Below the pieces are notes generated by a model. That model did not search any database and had not been told where the DNA came from. It saw only the letters and a list, made by a program, of their open reading frames with translations. The position numbers and the translations under genes were made by a program. This document shows, piece after piece, positions 36,293 through 45,686 of a stretch of 50,864 nt of DNA (within the stretch, counting starts at the first letter, position 1; each line of letters opens with the position of its first letter). The DNA comes from a virus. Lineage: Duplodnaviria; Caudoviricetes. The DNA lies in the IMG/VR virus record IMGVR_UViG_3300012990_000003, positions 1 through 50,864 of that record. The stretch is one strand, 5' to 3'.

Positions 36293-37073
36293 CCTTCACA
36301 TTGAATTCTGGAAGGGCAATCACGCTAATAAAGCGAAACTTCTTCGTACTATAGAGAATGCTCTGCCGCTGATGGACGAGGATTCAGAGTCTAAACTAAT
36401 TGTGGCGGGAGACTTCACTAACTTCGATCACTTGGAGAGCCTAGATATTCTAATGGAGTATCTGTCTGAGAGATTTCACTCGGTGTTCTATATCCCTGGG
36501 AATCATGAGTCTTACTACGGCCCGTGGCAAGGGACGAACGTCCTTATCGGACGCATATGCCACAAGTATCCTAATGTTCGGTTCGGAGAAACCTTAGCCT
36601 CGGAGAACATTATCGGGACTACTCTGTGGACAGATTTCTCTAATGGCAATCCAGTTACTATGAATGCTGCCCGCTCGGGAATGAACGATTACGATAAGAT
36701 TAAACAAGATGAATTCTTTATACGTGGGGAATTCTACTGCCCCGCAATTACTCCGGAGATGGTTCTCTATAAACACCAAGAGATGTTGCGATACCTATCA
36801 GATAGAATGGACGAGGATTCTGTAGTAGTTACTCACCATGCCCCATCCGAAAGGTCTATCCATCCGGGGTACAGGGATTCTACACTTAACCCGTGCTACT
36901 ACTCTAACCTAGAGTATCTTATAGAGGAGAAGAAGCCTAGATTATGGATTCACGGGCACGTTCACACTCCGTTCGATTACATGATCGGAGAGACTAGAGT
37001 AATCTGCAATCCTCACGGATATGCAGCATACGAGAATACTGGGTATAACAGAAAACTTATTGTAGAGGTATAA
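36270..37073 (+). CDS. Calcineurin-like metallophosphoesterase
   Basis: SDLHIE, AGD, PGNHE, TLWTDF, THHAP, HGHVH and NPHGY motifs. Confidence 0.92.
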   Translation: MKLRIISDLHIEFWKGNHANKAKLLRTIENALPLMDEDSESKLIVAGDFTNFDHLESLDILMEYLSERFHSVFYIPGNHESYYGPWQGTNVLIGRICHKYPNVRFGETLASENIIGTTLWTDFSNGNPVTMNAARSGMNDYDKIKQDEFFIRGEFYCPAITPEMVLYKHQEMLRYLSDRMDEDSVVVTHHAPSERSIHPGYRDSTLNPCYYSNLEYLIEEKKPRLWIHGHVHTPFDYMIGETRVICNPHGYAAYENTGYNRKLIVEV

Positions 37074-37075
37074 AA

Positions 37076-37101
37076 TAGGTGGGGTTTTAACGCCCCACCT
37101 A
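37076..37101. terminator. Hairpin between convergent genes, probable terminator
   Basis: TAGGTGGGG-ttttaacg-CCCCACCTA with an A tract on the left. Confidence 0.65.
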
Positions 37102-37196
37102 CAATATTATTCTATAGTAGACTTAGCCCTTTTCCCAGGTTTATCGTCTCCGGATTTTTCTTCTTTGTCGCACTCCGGTGGAACGACGCATTCCAG

Positions 37197-37724
37197 TTAA
37201 ACTGGGATGGCAGGAAGAGCCAGTTTCAGCTTCAGCATAGTAATTTCGCTGTTAGCCGTTGCCAATTGATCCCGTACACGATCAGATTCAATCGTACGGA
37301 TAAGCAGTTGGGTGTCAGCAGCTTGAGCACGAACCAGCTCTTTAACTTCGCAGCAACAGGCCGCGATAGCAGCTTGAACTGCAGCGGTATTAACTGCTGC
37401 ATCGTAACGGCTGTCTTTAAAGCCTTGAACCAGAGCGACGTTAACTGCAGCAGCAGTTTTTTCAGTTGCCAGTTCAGCCGAGCGTCCGTTCCGTTCTACC
37501 GCTACGTCCGTAGATTTAGCGTTCTGATGAACTTCGCTGGTCAAGTCCCGAAGGGTTTCCAGAGTTGCCAGTTCATTGATGAAAGCGGCGTCTTTACCAG
37601 ACAGGCCACGGTCATACTGATTATAACCGCCGTAACCATAGCCATATCCGTCGTTTTTGTGGTTGCTGTCAGTTACTACTACGCCAGGTGAAACTGCGTT
37701 ACCAGGCAATGCTACGCTATCCAT
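37197..37724 (-). CDS. Helical CCC-motif protein, lone antisense gene
   Basis: GYGYGYGGY followed by a long Ala-rich helix with AIAACCCEVKE; extended -10 TGTTATACT at 37781-37789 on the minus strand. Confidence 0.8.
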   Translation of the reverse strand: MDSVALPGNAVSPGVVVTDSNHKNDGYGYGYGGYNQYDRGLSGKDAAFINELATLETLRDLTSEVHQNAKSTDVAVERNGRSAELATEKTAAAVNVALVQGFKDSRYDAAVNTAAVQAAIAACCCEVKELVRAQAADTQLLIRTIESDRVRDQLATANSEITMLKLKLALPAIPV

Positions 37725-37860
37725 ATTATATCTTCTTGATATATGGTTTGACTTACTTCCGATATTGGGGTAAGATGGGAAGTATAACACACACTTGTAG
37801 CACGGGCGAAATAGCTCCTAAGTCATTGAAATAATTAGAAACTAGAAAAGGAAATACTTA

Positions 37861-40041
37861 ATGAAGCTGACGCTAGATTTCGAGACGCAGAGCAAATACG
37901 ACATCACTGTAGGCGGCGCTTGGAACTACTCTAAAGACCCCTCTACAGACATCCTTTGCCTAGCATATGCAGTAGACGATAAGAGCCCTAAAATGTGGAT
38001 TCCGCCTAAGCACGCGATCCGGTATATCTTTAATGTGCGGGCTAAACATAAGGGACTAATCGGCCACTTCTCTAGGGTCAAGGGTACTCCGAAGAAGATT
38101 ACTAAGCGGATGCGAGACGCCTACGCCCTGCAGGAGCCATTCGAGTGGGGGAAGCAGTACACTATATTCGACGGCAAGAGGACTAGCCGCGGATTCAATT
38201 GGGATGGCCCACTCACCCTCCCGATCTGGTCGAAGTACCGGATTAAGAGTAAACCCGATTTCGTAGATCATATTGACTCACTGGAATTCGAAGCGCATAA
38301 CGCCTTCTTCGAGAAGTCTATGTGGAAGAATGTCTGCGTCGAGAAATATGGATTCCCAGAGATTCCTGACGAAAAGTGGAGTTGCTCTGCTGCGCTGGCG
38401 GCCACTCGTGCCCTGCCAAGAGCCCTCGACAAGGTAGGAGAAGCCCTGAATCTCCCCGTCCAGAAGAACCATGACGGCAAGCTAGTAATGTTGCAACTCT
38501 CCCGTCCCGACCAAGAAGGGAACTTTAACTATGATCCGATGAAATATACTGTCCTATATAACTACTGCATAGATGACGTACGAGCAGAGAGGGAGCTATC
38601 TAAGCGCCTTGGTACGCTAAACGCCTATGAGCGAAGAATCTGGCTTCTAGATCAGAAGATCAATCTCCGTGGGGTGCCGCTAGATACGGCGGTTATCGAA
38701 GGGGCGGTCAAGATTATCGAGACGTACACTAAAGTTTTAGAGACAGAAATGAGTAAGCTTACGGATGGTCGCCTGACTAACATTCGTCAGGTAGCTGCGC
38801 TTCAACTGTGGCTAGAAGAGAATAAGGTTCTCGTAGACAACGTACAGAAAGGCACGGTAGAAGAAGTCCTATCTCGAGATAACATATCACCCAAGGTTAG
38901 ACGGGTCCTAGAGATCAGACAGGCTCTAGGGCAGACTTCGACTGCTAAGTACTACGCCATGCGTAATTTCTGTGCTGCGGATGGCACCGCTAAGGACCAA
39001 TTCCTATATTCTGGGGCCTCTACTCTCCGCTGGAGCGGTAAAGGAATCCAGTTTCAGAATCTCCCTAGAGGATCGATCAAAGCTACAGAAGATATCTATG
39101 CCGCCATTAAGTCCGGTTCCTGGAGACAAGTTCGTCTTCACGGGGACGTAATGGATATCCTATCTTCCTCTGTCCGCGGAGTAGCGTATTCTGGAGTAGA
39201 TAAAGACTTCTTGGATGCGGACTTCTCTAACATTGAGGGTCGTGTCCTAGCTTGGATCGCCGGAGAGCAGTGGAAGATCGAAGCTTTCGAAGAGTTCGAT
39301 AAGGGGGTAGGAGAGGATCTGTACATTCTAGCCTATGCCCGTGCTTTCGGCATAGAGACGTCTGACGTTGACGATGCGAAGCGTCAGGTAGGTAAGGTGC
39401 TAGAACTCGCCCTGGGCTATCAGGGGGCCGTTGGTGCCCTTCAGAAGATGGCTCAGATCTATGGGGTAACCCTTACCGATGATGAGGCCGGGAACTTGGT
39501 CGCTCTGTGGAGGGCCGCTAACCCGATGATTACTGCTTTCTGGCCAGCTATGGAAACGGCAGCTAAGAAAGCTATTATGACTGGGCGAGAGATGCCTGTG
39601 AACGCTCACGTATCTTTCGTGGTTGTGGATGACTTCCTAGAGATGAGAACTGTCGCCGGAAGCACGCTCTATTACTACCAGCCTCGAGTAGAGGAAATAG
39701 AGACGCAATGGGGGTCTAAGAAGCAATCTATCGTCTTCACTGGCGTTAACTCTGTTACAAGGAAAGTAGAGCGGCAGTCAACTTATGGCGGCAAGCTAAC
39801 AGAGAACTTGGTTCAGCACTTAGCTAGGATGCTTCTGTGCGATTCTATGCTGGACTTAGATAAGAATGGTTTCGACATTAGAATGCACGTTCACGATCAG
39901 GTGGTATCTCTAGTGCCATCTAACGATCCCAAGCTGAATGTAGAAACGTACGACAAGATAATGCAGACGCGCAGAGAGTGGTGCCCAACGCTGCCTCTGG
40001 CTGCTAAAGGGGAAGTAATTAAACGATTTAAAAAGGGATGA
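37861..40041 (+). CDS. Family A DNA polymerase with 3'-5' exonuclease
   Basis: LDFET, AHNAFFE, YCIDDV; RWSG..IQFQNLPR; motif A DFSNIEGR; motif B RQVGKVLELALGY; motif C HVHDQ. Confidence 0.95.
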   Translation: MKLTLDFETQSKYDITVGGAWNYSKDPSTDILCLAYAVDDKSPKMWIPPKHAIRYIFNVRAKHKGLIGHFSRVKGTPKKITKRMRDAYALQEPFEWGKQYTIFDGKRTSRGFNWDGPLTLPIWSKYRIKSKPDFVDHIDSLEFEAHNAFFEKSMWKNVCVEKYGFPEIPDEKWSCSAALAATRALPRALDKVGEALNLPVQKNHDGKLVMLQLSRPDQEGNFNYDPMKYTVLYNYCIDDVRAERELSKRLGTLNAYERRIWLLDQKINLRGVPLDTAVIEGAVKIIETYTKVLETEMSKLTDGRLTNIRQVAALQLWLEENKVLVDNVQKGTVEEVLSRDNISPKVRRVLEIRQALGQTSTAKYYAMRNFCAADGTAKDQFLYSGASTLRWSGKGIQFQNLPRGSIKATEDIYAAIKSGSWRQVRLHGDVMDILSSSVRGVAYSGVDKDFLDADFSNIEGRVLAWIAGEQWKIEAFEEFDKGVGEDLYILAYARAFGIETSDVDDAKRQVGKVLELALGYQGAVGALQKMAQIYGVTLTDDEAGNLVALWRAANPMITAFWPAMETAAKKAIMTGREMPVNAHVSFVVVDDFLEMRTVAGSTLYYYQPRVEEIETQWGSKKQSIVFTGVNSVTRKVERQSTYGGKLTENLVQHLARMLLCDSMLDLDKNGFDIRMHVHDQVVSLVPSNDPKLNVETYDKIMQTRREWCPTLPLAAKGEVIKRFKKG

Positions 40042-40059
40042 AAGGAGAAAATATTGTTC

Positions 40060-40088
40060 TTGACATAGGACGGAATTCAGGTTAATAT
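40060..40088 (+). promoter_or_regulatory. Sigma70-like promoter
   Basis: TTGACA-N17-TAATAT. Confidence 0.7.
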
Positions 40089-40132
40089 AAATATAGATAC
40101 TGACGCATTAACAAATGAAGGAAATTAGATAC

Positions 40133-40603
40133 ATGGCTGCTAAATCAGAATTTTTCGAACTGTCGGGTTATGGCTACAACATCATGACTCGCAAAGCCAA
40201 CCAATTTGGCAAATTCCAACTCGATCTGGAGCTGACCGATCCTGAAGAAATTCAGAAGGCAGAAGAGCTCGAGATGAAGTTCGGCCTCAAGATTAAGGAT
40301 CAACTGACCTATTCTAAAGATGGCGCTAAGGTTACTAAGCCCGGCGTGTCGGCAGTTACTCTGACTGCTAAAATGGTCGAAGGTGGTCAATACCCGCGCA
40401 AGTTCATCCCTACTACTAAAGCAGATAACGGTTCTGTAATCGAGGACCTTATCTCCCACGGCGCAAAGGTCACGGCGCGCTTCAAAGTATTTCCGTACTC
40501 GTCAGGTACTACTGACAGCGGACACTCCTATCCTGCTGGCTTCTCCTTCCAGTTGGAAAACGTTAAGGTTCACGAATATGTTCCTTATCGATCTGTCGCC
40601 TAA
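40133..40603 (+). CDS. Putative single-stranded DNA-binding protein (T7 gp2.5-like)
   Basis: GKFQLDL...LISHGAKV...LENVKVHEYVPY pattern; follows the polymerase. Confidence 0.65.
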   Translation: MAAKSEFFELSGYGYNIMTRKANQFGKFQLDLELTDPEEIQKAEELEMKFGLKIKDQLTYSKDGAKVTKPGVSAVTLTAKMVEGGQYPRKFIPTTKADNGSVIEDLISHGAKVTARFKVFPYSSGTTDSGHSYPAGFSFQLENVKVHEYVPYRSVA

Positions 40604-40621
40604 ATAGCTACTCTAACTACC

Positions 40622-40662
40622 GGGGTAGGTCTTCCTCCATGAGGGCCTACCCCTTCTTTTTT
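40622..40662 (+). terminator. Rho-independent terminator
   Basis: GGGGTAGGTCTTC-tccat-GAGGGCCTACCCC followed by TTCTTTTTT. Confidence 0.85.
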
Positions 40663-40686
40663 ATATAGAACAGGCGGCGATAAATA

Positions 40687-41619
40687 ATGACCACTGATAA
40701 AGATATCAAGACACTAATTCCAGACATCTACTCTCTTCTCTGCGCTGGCGGACACGCTATCGATGAAAAGAACCTAGATGAATGCATGCAATCTATCTTC
40801 AAGGCGCTGAAAGAGGCGATTGAGGTAGAGAATAATCTAGAACCTAAGGCAGAGTTGCGACTGTCTAAGACTGGTACAGGCCTTCGTAAGCTGTGGTTCG
40901 AGCACAACCTTAAGTTGGAAGGCGGTAAGCCAGACCCCATGAAGGTCGGCCCCAATCTCATGCGCTTCCTTACAGGACATATTACTGAGGCCGTGCTTAT
41001 TCTTTTGGCTAAAGAGGCGGGGCACACAGTAACCCACGCGCAAGAGACCGTAGAGTTAGAAGGCGTTCCGGGGCATTGTGACGCGGTTATCGATGGGCAC
41101 ATGACGGACATTAAGACTGCCTCCCAATTCTCCTATGATAAGTTTAGGACAGGAGATATCACGTGGGGCAAGGATCCTTTTGGATATGTCGCACAGATTT
41201 CTTCTTACAAGAAAGCTCTAGATAACGCCGGGGTAAAACTGAAAGATACTTGCTTCTTCTGGGCGTACAATAAGAGTAACTCAGATATGGTTCTTACTCC
41301 GGTTAATAAGGCTAATCAGGTTGATTCGGAGGCTATGCTGAGAAAGCAGAAAGCAGTTATCTCACAACCCACACCCCCGTCCGAACTGTGCTTCCCTGAA
41401 GAGGACTTCGGTAAGAGCGGCAATAAATCTATCAATAAGTCTTGTGTATTCTGCCCCTTCAAGCACGAATGTTTCAAGAGCGCTAACGGCGGAAGAGGAT
41501 TGAGAGTATTTAAATATTCTAACAAAGATGAGTATCTGACACAGGTTAATAGCCTCCCAAATGTAGAAGAAATAACCGGATTAACAACAACAGAAAAGGA
41601 AACTAAACATGAGTATTAA
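40687..41619 (+). CDS. PD-(D/E)XK (Cas4-like) exonuclease
   Basis: LRLS..G...RKLWF, GHCD..IDG...DIKTAS, DPFGYVAQ..Y and CVFCPFKHEC motifs. Confidence 0.85.
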   Translation: MTTDKDIKTLIPDIYSLLCAGGHAIDEKNLDECMQSIFKALKEAIEVENNLEPKAELRLSKTGTGLRKLWFEHNLKLEGGKPDPMKVGPNLMRFLTGHITEAVLILLAKEAGHTVTHAQETVELEGVPGHCDAVIDGHMTDIKTASQFSYDKFRTGDITWGKDPFGYVAQISSYKKALDNAGVKLKDTCFFWAYNKSNSDMVLTPVNKANQVDSEAMLRKQKAVISQPTPPSELCFPEEDFGKSGNKSINKSCVFCPFKHECFKSANGGRGLRVFKYSNKDEYLTQVNSLPNVEEITGLTTTEKETKHEY

Positions 41620-41848
41620 AAAAACGCACCGCGCAACTGAAGAAATTGTACTTGTAGCCGCCTCCGCAGAAAAAGCCCCTAACTTACCGGACAGCCTGAT
41701 TATGCTAGCAGAGCACCTCAAAGACAACTCGGTCCAGTATGGAACTATGGCAAAAGCAGAAATGTATTGGAGTGATAAAAGTAACACCTTCCCACTCGAC
41801 TACCAGCATGATGTAGCAACTTTAAAATTAACCTTTAAGGACGTATAA
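41609..41848 (+). CDS. Hypothetical protein
   Basis: AAGGA RBS; tight packing. Confidence 0.6.
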   Translation: MSIKKTHRATEEIVLVAASAEKAPNLPDSLIMLAEHLKDNSVQYGTMAKAEMYWSDKSNTFPLDYQHDVATLKLTFKDV

Positions 41849-41850
41849 CC

Positions 41851-42033
41851 ATGGCATTACATTTTATTTACATTACGGTCTATGAAGAAGATGGAATTAC
41901 TAAGGTTCATTCCGAGAACCAACTGCTAGACTATCCGGAACTTCTTCGCTCGGACCGAGTAGTAAAACTCTATTCGCAATCTACCGGGATCCCTGCTGAT
42001 CGCATCCGGGCCAACATTATCAGAGAGAAATAA
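41851..42033 (+). CDS. Hypothetical protein
   Basis: AAGGA RBS; tight packing. Confidence 0.6.
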   Translation: MALHFIYITVYEEDGITKVHSENQLLDYPELLRSDRVVKLYSQSTGIPADRIRANIIREK

Positions 42034-42035
42034 TA

Positions 42036-42476
42036 ATGGCAAGCTGGACCAGACGTAGGGCGGTTAAAGCCGGATATAGATCTGGTCTAGAACAGACGGT
42101 CATAGAATATGTCCGGGACGTCCTAGAGTTGCCGTACGAATACGAAACAGAGAAACTTAAGTACATAGTCCCAGAATCTAGCCACGTATATACCCCAGAC
42201 CTTCTCCTTAAAAAGAAGGCCGGGGGCACTATGTACGTCGAGATCAAGGGGAAACTCGACCCTGAAACTAGAAAGAAGATGCAGTGTGTCAAAGCCAGTA
42301 ACCCTGATCTTGACATACGGTTCTGCTTTCAAAACCCTCGGGCTAGAATAGCGAAGCATAGTAACACTAGCTATTCTGACTGGGCAGAAAAGAACGGATT
42401 TCCTTGGTGCGGCCCCGTATTCCCGAAGGAGTGGGCAGCAGAGATTTCTCTTGACTTTACTCCGGAATCGGGTTAA
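42036..42476 (+). CDS. T7 endonuclease I-like Holliday junction resolvase
   Basis: YRSGLE, YETEKLKY, YTPD, EIKG, PDLDIRF and WAEKNGF motifs. Confidence 0.92.
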   Translation: MASWTRRRAVKAGYRSGLEQTVIEYVRDVLELPYEYETEKLKYIVPESSHVYTPDLLLKKKAGGTMYVEIKGKLDPETRKKMQCVKASNPDLDIRFCFQNPRARIAKHSNTSYSDWAEKNGFPWCGPVFPKEWAAEISLDFTPESG

Positions 42477-42479
42477 CAT
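42451..42479 (+). promoter_or_regulatory. Sigma70-like promoter
   Basis: TTGACT-N17-TAACAT; spacer CGGAAT..GGT resembles that of the 40060 promoter. Confidence 0.55.
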
Positions 42480-42640
42480 TAAGTATAGGGTATGCGTTCT
42501 ATGAAGCTATTCGGTTTTACTATAATCAAGAACTCTGAACTAGACTCTCTTAAGCAGAATATATTAGATATTGAGATCGAAGTTCAGTCCCTTACCTACC
42601 AAGTTCAACTAGTTAAAAAACAAGTGAGAGACATATACAA

Positions 42641-43042
42641 GTGAGGGTAAAAACCATGTTAATACGTAAAGGCCTATTCACCCGTTTAGACACGGAGGGC
42701 TTTGGCGTAGACGGGCACTCCCTAGAATATATTAGGTTGTGGAGACGAGTTCTAGACGAAATGCTACTGGCTCTAGTAGGCTCCGATAAGGAAGAATCTA
42801 TTAAAGCTTACGAGTGGTTCAATTCTAAGCCAGGAGATGTAGCGTACTATTTCGATGAGGATGCGGGAGAGGAAATACAAGTAGATAACTACGAAGAGTT
42901 CTGCGACTGCTGCGATTTAGCTAACCTCGACCCCAGTACAGTAACAGCAGTAGCGAACAAAGTACTGTTTCAAGTCAACGAAGAAGAACAAGATAGGAAG
43001 ATAAAAATTGGATCAACAACCACAACAAAAAAAAGTATGTAA
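42641..43042 (+). CDS. Hypothetical protein
   Basis: LWRRVL...AYEWF...FCDCCDLANLDP pattern seen in phage replication modules. Confidence 0.7.
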   Translation: MRVKTMLIRKGLFTRLDTEGFGVDGHSLEYIRLWRRVLDEMLLALVGSDKEESIKAYEWFNSKPGDVAYYFDEDAGEEIQVDNYEEFCDCCDLANLDPSTVTAVANKVLFQVNEEEQDRKIKIGSTTTTKKSM

Positions 43043-43352
43043 TGAGAATCTGTGCAGCAGCGTGTATGAAATGTCGCTGCAACAGGTAGACGAACTGATG
43101 GATGAGGTTAACGCCGCTCGACACGACTTCGTAGTCGAAGATCCTACAGTACTGAACGTTCTGCGTCGATATGAGAGCCGCTCATTCGAAGGTATGACGA
43201 CGTACGGAACTTCTATGCACGATAATCCAGCACCTACAGAATTCTGGATTACCTCGGCTATTGAAGAAGCTATGGACTTGACCCTGTATCTGCAGAAACT
43301 TTTGGAGAAACTGAATGCCAGCGCCACGAAAGGAACGAACGAGTGCCCGTAA
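43008..43352 (+). CDS. Possible all-alpha NTP pyrophosphohydrolase-like protein
   Basis: RS..G..TYG...W...AIEEAMDLTLYL acidic helical motif. Confidence 0.55.
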   Translation: MDQQPQQKKVCNENLCSSVYEMSLQQVDELMDEVNAARHDFVVEDPTVLNVLRRYESRSFEGMTTYGTSMHDNPAPTEFWITSAIEEAMDLTLYLQKLLEKLNASATKGTNECP

Positions 43353-43573
43353 ATCTAATCCCGCCTAATTACTTAAGGTCGAGAGACCTGTCAGTAACCC
43401 TTTGTGAGAAGATAATTGATTTTTACAAAGGAAATCCGGCCTACCCAGAGGACTTCTGGAAAAAGATTAAGACTCACATTTATAGAAACCCCGGGACGGG
43501 GGATTTTTATATCCGTAGCAATCTTAATGAACTGTTCATGAACGTAGTTGATTTAGAGGAGAAGTACTCATAA
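43343..43573 (+). CDS. Hypothetical protein
   Basis: Coupled ORF with FYIRSNL motif. Confidence 0.6.
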   Translation: MPVNLIPPNYLRSRDLSVTLCEKIIDFYKGNPAYPEDFWKKIKTHIYRNPGTGDFYIRSNLNELFMNVVDLEEKYS

Positions 43574-43977
43574 TGCGGATCAATTTTGTATACGGCGATT
43601 CAACTGAACCCGACCTTTTAGTAGACGTAGTAATGCTGTCCGATGCACTGGTAGATATTGACGAAGATATCCTGGCCTCAGACGTAGGAAATTTCGCAGA
43701 TGAAGAGGCGGACATGAATATCTATCTGTCTGCCGAAGAGTTCGATCCGGAAACTACTACAGAAACGGCAGTAATTGTTACTGACTCGTTCCTGTTCGAC
43801 AGTAAGGGCGAATCCATTCTTGACCTTGCTGACCGTATCGCCTGTACCTCAGATGAGTTGCAGGAAGCAGTCTACATGGTTTCCGGGCGTCTTACCCCGG
43901 TAATCGATCTCGGAGAAGACTTCGATTTTGATTCGTGGTCAGAGTTCGTAAAAGAAGAGGTGGTTTCACATGGATAA
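43573..43977 (+). CDS. Highly acidic hypothetical protein
   Basis: GAGGAG RBS; strongly Asp/Glu-rich with few basic residues. Confidence 0.7.
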   Translation: MRINFVYGDSTEPDLLVDVVMLSDALVDIDEDILASDVGNFADEEADMNIYLSAEEFDPETTTETAVIVTDSFLFDSKGESILDLADRIACTSDELQEAVYMVSGRLTPVIDLGEDFDFDSWSEFVKEEVVSHG

Positions 43978-44749
43978 ATTAAAGATACTTACGTTTGATA
44001 TCGAGACATCCCCAATCGTAATCCCTACTTTCGGCTTGTGGGGAGAGAAGACGGGGAATCATAAGGATATCATCAGTGACTGGTTCGTTATCTCTGTAGC
44101 GTGGAAGTGGCTGGGAGAGAAAACCGTCCATGCCGTATCGGGTCTAGATGATCCTAAGCGGTTCGCTAAAAACCATATGGATGATTACCATGTAATTAAA
44201 ACCTTCCATGCGGTTTTGAAGGAAGCGGACATTATCGTTGGACACAACGTTATTAAGTTCGATTGGAAGAAGATCAATACTAGGTTCATTAAGTTCGGCC
44301 TAGACCCTATCCCGAAGAAGCGAGTCTCTGATACCTTCCGTATCGCTAAGAAGGAGTTCGACTTCACATCCAACCGACTGGACTACATTGCTAACTATCT
44401 GGGTGTAGGGTCTAAGATGGAAACGCCTAAGGGGCTCTGGTTAGATGCTCTCCGCGGCAATGTGCCAGCCATTAAGACTATGGTGCGGTACAACAAGATG
44501 GACGTAGTTATCACAGAGAAGGTATATCTGGCTCTGCGCCCATACGACACTATGGCCGTCAACCTCTCTACTACTAGTGAGGATCTCGTATGTCCTAAAT
44601 GCGGATCTAAGCACTTCACAGCTCAAGGGCATCGATTTACTGCGACCGGGAAGTTCCAGCAGTATCAATGTAAGGATTGTCGTGGTTGGTTCTCCAGTAA
44701 AGTTAACCAGCTTAAAGGTTCAGCAGCAACAGGAGCAGTGTCACAATGA
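43970..44749 (+). CDS. DnaQ/RNase H-like 3'-5' exonuclease with C-terminal zinc ribbon
   Basis: FDIET, GHNVIKFD, SNRLDY, YNKMDV; CPKCGS...CKDC. Confidence 0.88.
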   Translation: MDKLKILTFDIETSPIVIPTFGLWGEKTGNHKDIISDWFVISVAWKWLGEKTVHAVSGLDDPKRFAKNHMDDYHVIKTFHAVLKEADIIVGHNVIKFDWKKINTRFIKFGLDPIPKKRVSDTFRIAKKEFDFTSNRLDYIANYLGVGSKMETPKGLWLDALRGNVPAIKTMVRYNKMDVVITEKVYLALRPYDTMAVNLSTTSEDLVCPKCGSKHFTAQGHRFTATGKFQQYQCKDCRGWFSSKVNQLKGSAATGAVSQ

Positions 44750-45036
44750 CCGATAAAAAGAAGAAGAAGCTCTCCCCCAAGACGAAGAAGAAAGTTTCTG
44801 GCGGCAAGACAGTACATGTCCTCCCGTCTAAACGCTTCCCAGAAGATAAGGAGGCCATATATAGAGATGTTATGGATCTGATTGAAATCATGTCAGAGCA
44901 TAAGATCGATGGTTACGTCCTATACTCCTGGTCAATCGACGATGGGTATACCGACTATGGAGCCATGAAGATGGGTTCTCAAAACCCGTATATGCTTCCT
45001 ACTATTGTGAAAAAAGCTATTGAGAGGTGGGTGTAA
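44746..45036 (+). CDS. Hypothetical protein
   Basis: AGGAG RBS; ATGA overlap. Confidence 0.7.
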   Translation: MTDKKKKKLSPKTKKKVSGGKTVHVLPSKRFPEDKEAIYRDVMDLIEIMSEHKIDGYVLYSWSIDDGYTDYGAMKMGSQNPYMLPTIVKKAIERWV

Positions 45037-45037
45037 T

Positions 45038-45667
45038 TTGAGAATTGAACTTGTAGGTGGCTTGGGTGTAGGTAAGACAGCAATGGCCCGTATCTTTGAA
45101 AAGTACGGAGTCACCCCTGTTTACGAAGACCTCAGCCAGATTAAATTTCTGCCAGAGTCGTATACGAATCCTGCTCTCTATGGATTCCCGGCTCAGTTAT
45201 CTTTCGCGATCAATAAATACGTTACGATGCCTAACGAAGACCCGAATAAGCTGTACGTCTACGATCAGGCTACCGCCACTAATAGAGCCTTTAATGCTCT
45301 GATGGCTGCTGATTCAGAGACACGAGCCCTGACTCGGGCCCTCTTCCAGCGTGCTGAGAAGGATCTTAACCCGCCGGACTATATCATTGATCTCTGGTGC
45401 AAGCCCGAGGTTGAACTAGAGCGCATCCGTGGTCGCGGCAGGGACTTCGAAAACGTAGACCTAGACTTCCTAAAGAATCTGCGGTGCCAGATTGATATAG
45501 AAGTAGAGGACGTAGTGGCTGCCTATGGATGTCACTATACCCAGGTTCATGTCTCTGATATGAATCTAGAGGACTATGAATCGTTTGTTATCAACTACTT
45601 ACTAGATAACGATCTAACTATGTTCTGCGATTTAGTTAATACTAAGCGGTTTGTTCAGCAAATGTAA
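45038..45667 (+). CDS. Deoxynucleoside kinase
   Basis: P-loop GGLGVGKT, QLSF, PDYIIDL and lid RIRGRGRDFE; TTG start after GAGGTGG. Confidence 0.85.
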   Translation: MRIELVGGLGVGKTAMARIFEKYGVTPVYEDLSQIKFLPESYTNPALYGFPAQLSFAINKYVTMPNEDPNKLYVYDQATATNRAFNALMAADSETRALTRALFQRAEKDLNPPDYIIDLWCKPEVELERIRGRGRDFENVDLDFLKNLRCQIDIEVEDVVAAYGCHYTQVHVSDMNLEDYESFVINYLLDNDLTMFCDLVNTKRFVQQM

Positions 45668-45678
45668 TGTGATATAAT
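45651..45678 (+). promoter_or_regulatory. Extended -10 promoter for the small RNA
   Basis: TGaTATAAT at 45670-45678, ending 8 nt before the RNA 5' end; weak -35 TTGTTC. Confidence 0.65.
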
Positions 45679-45686
45679 ATATAGAA

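Noticed and set aside
37990-38290. Intein or intron in the polymerase insertion
   Set aside because: No C/S start with HN-C/S/T junction, and the reading frame is continuous
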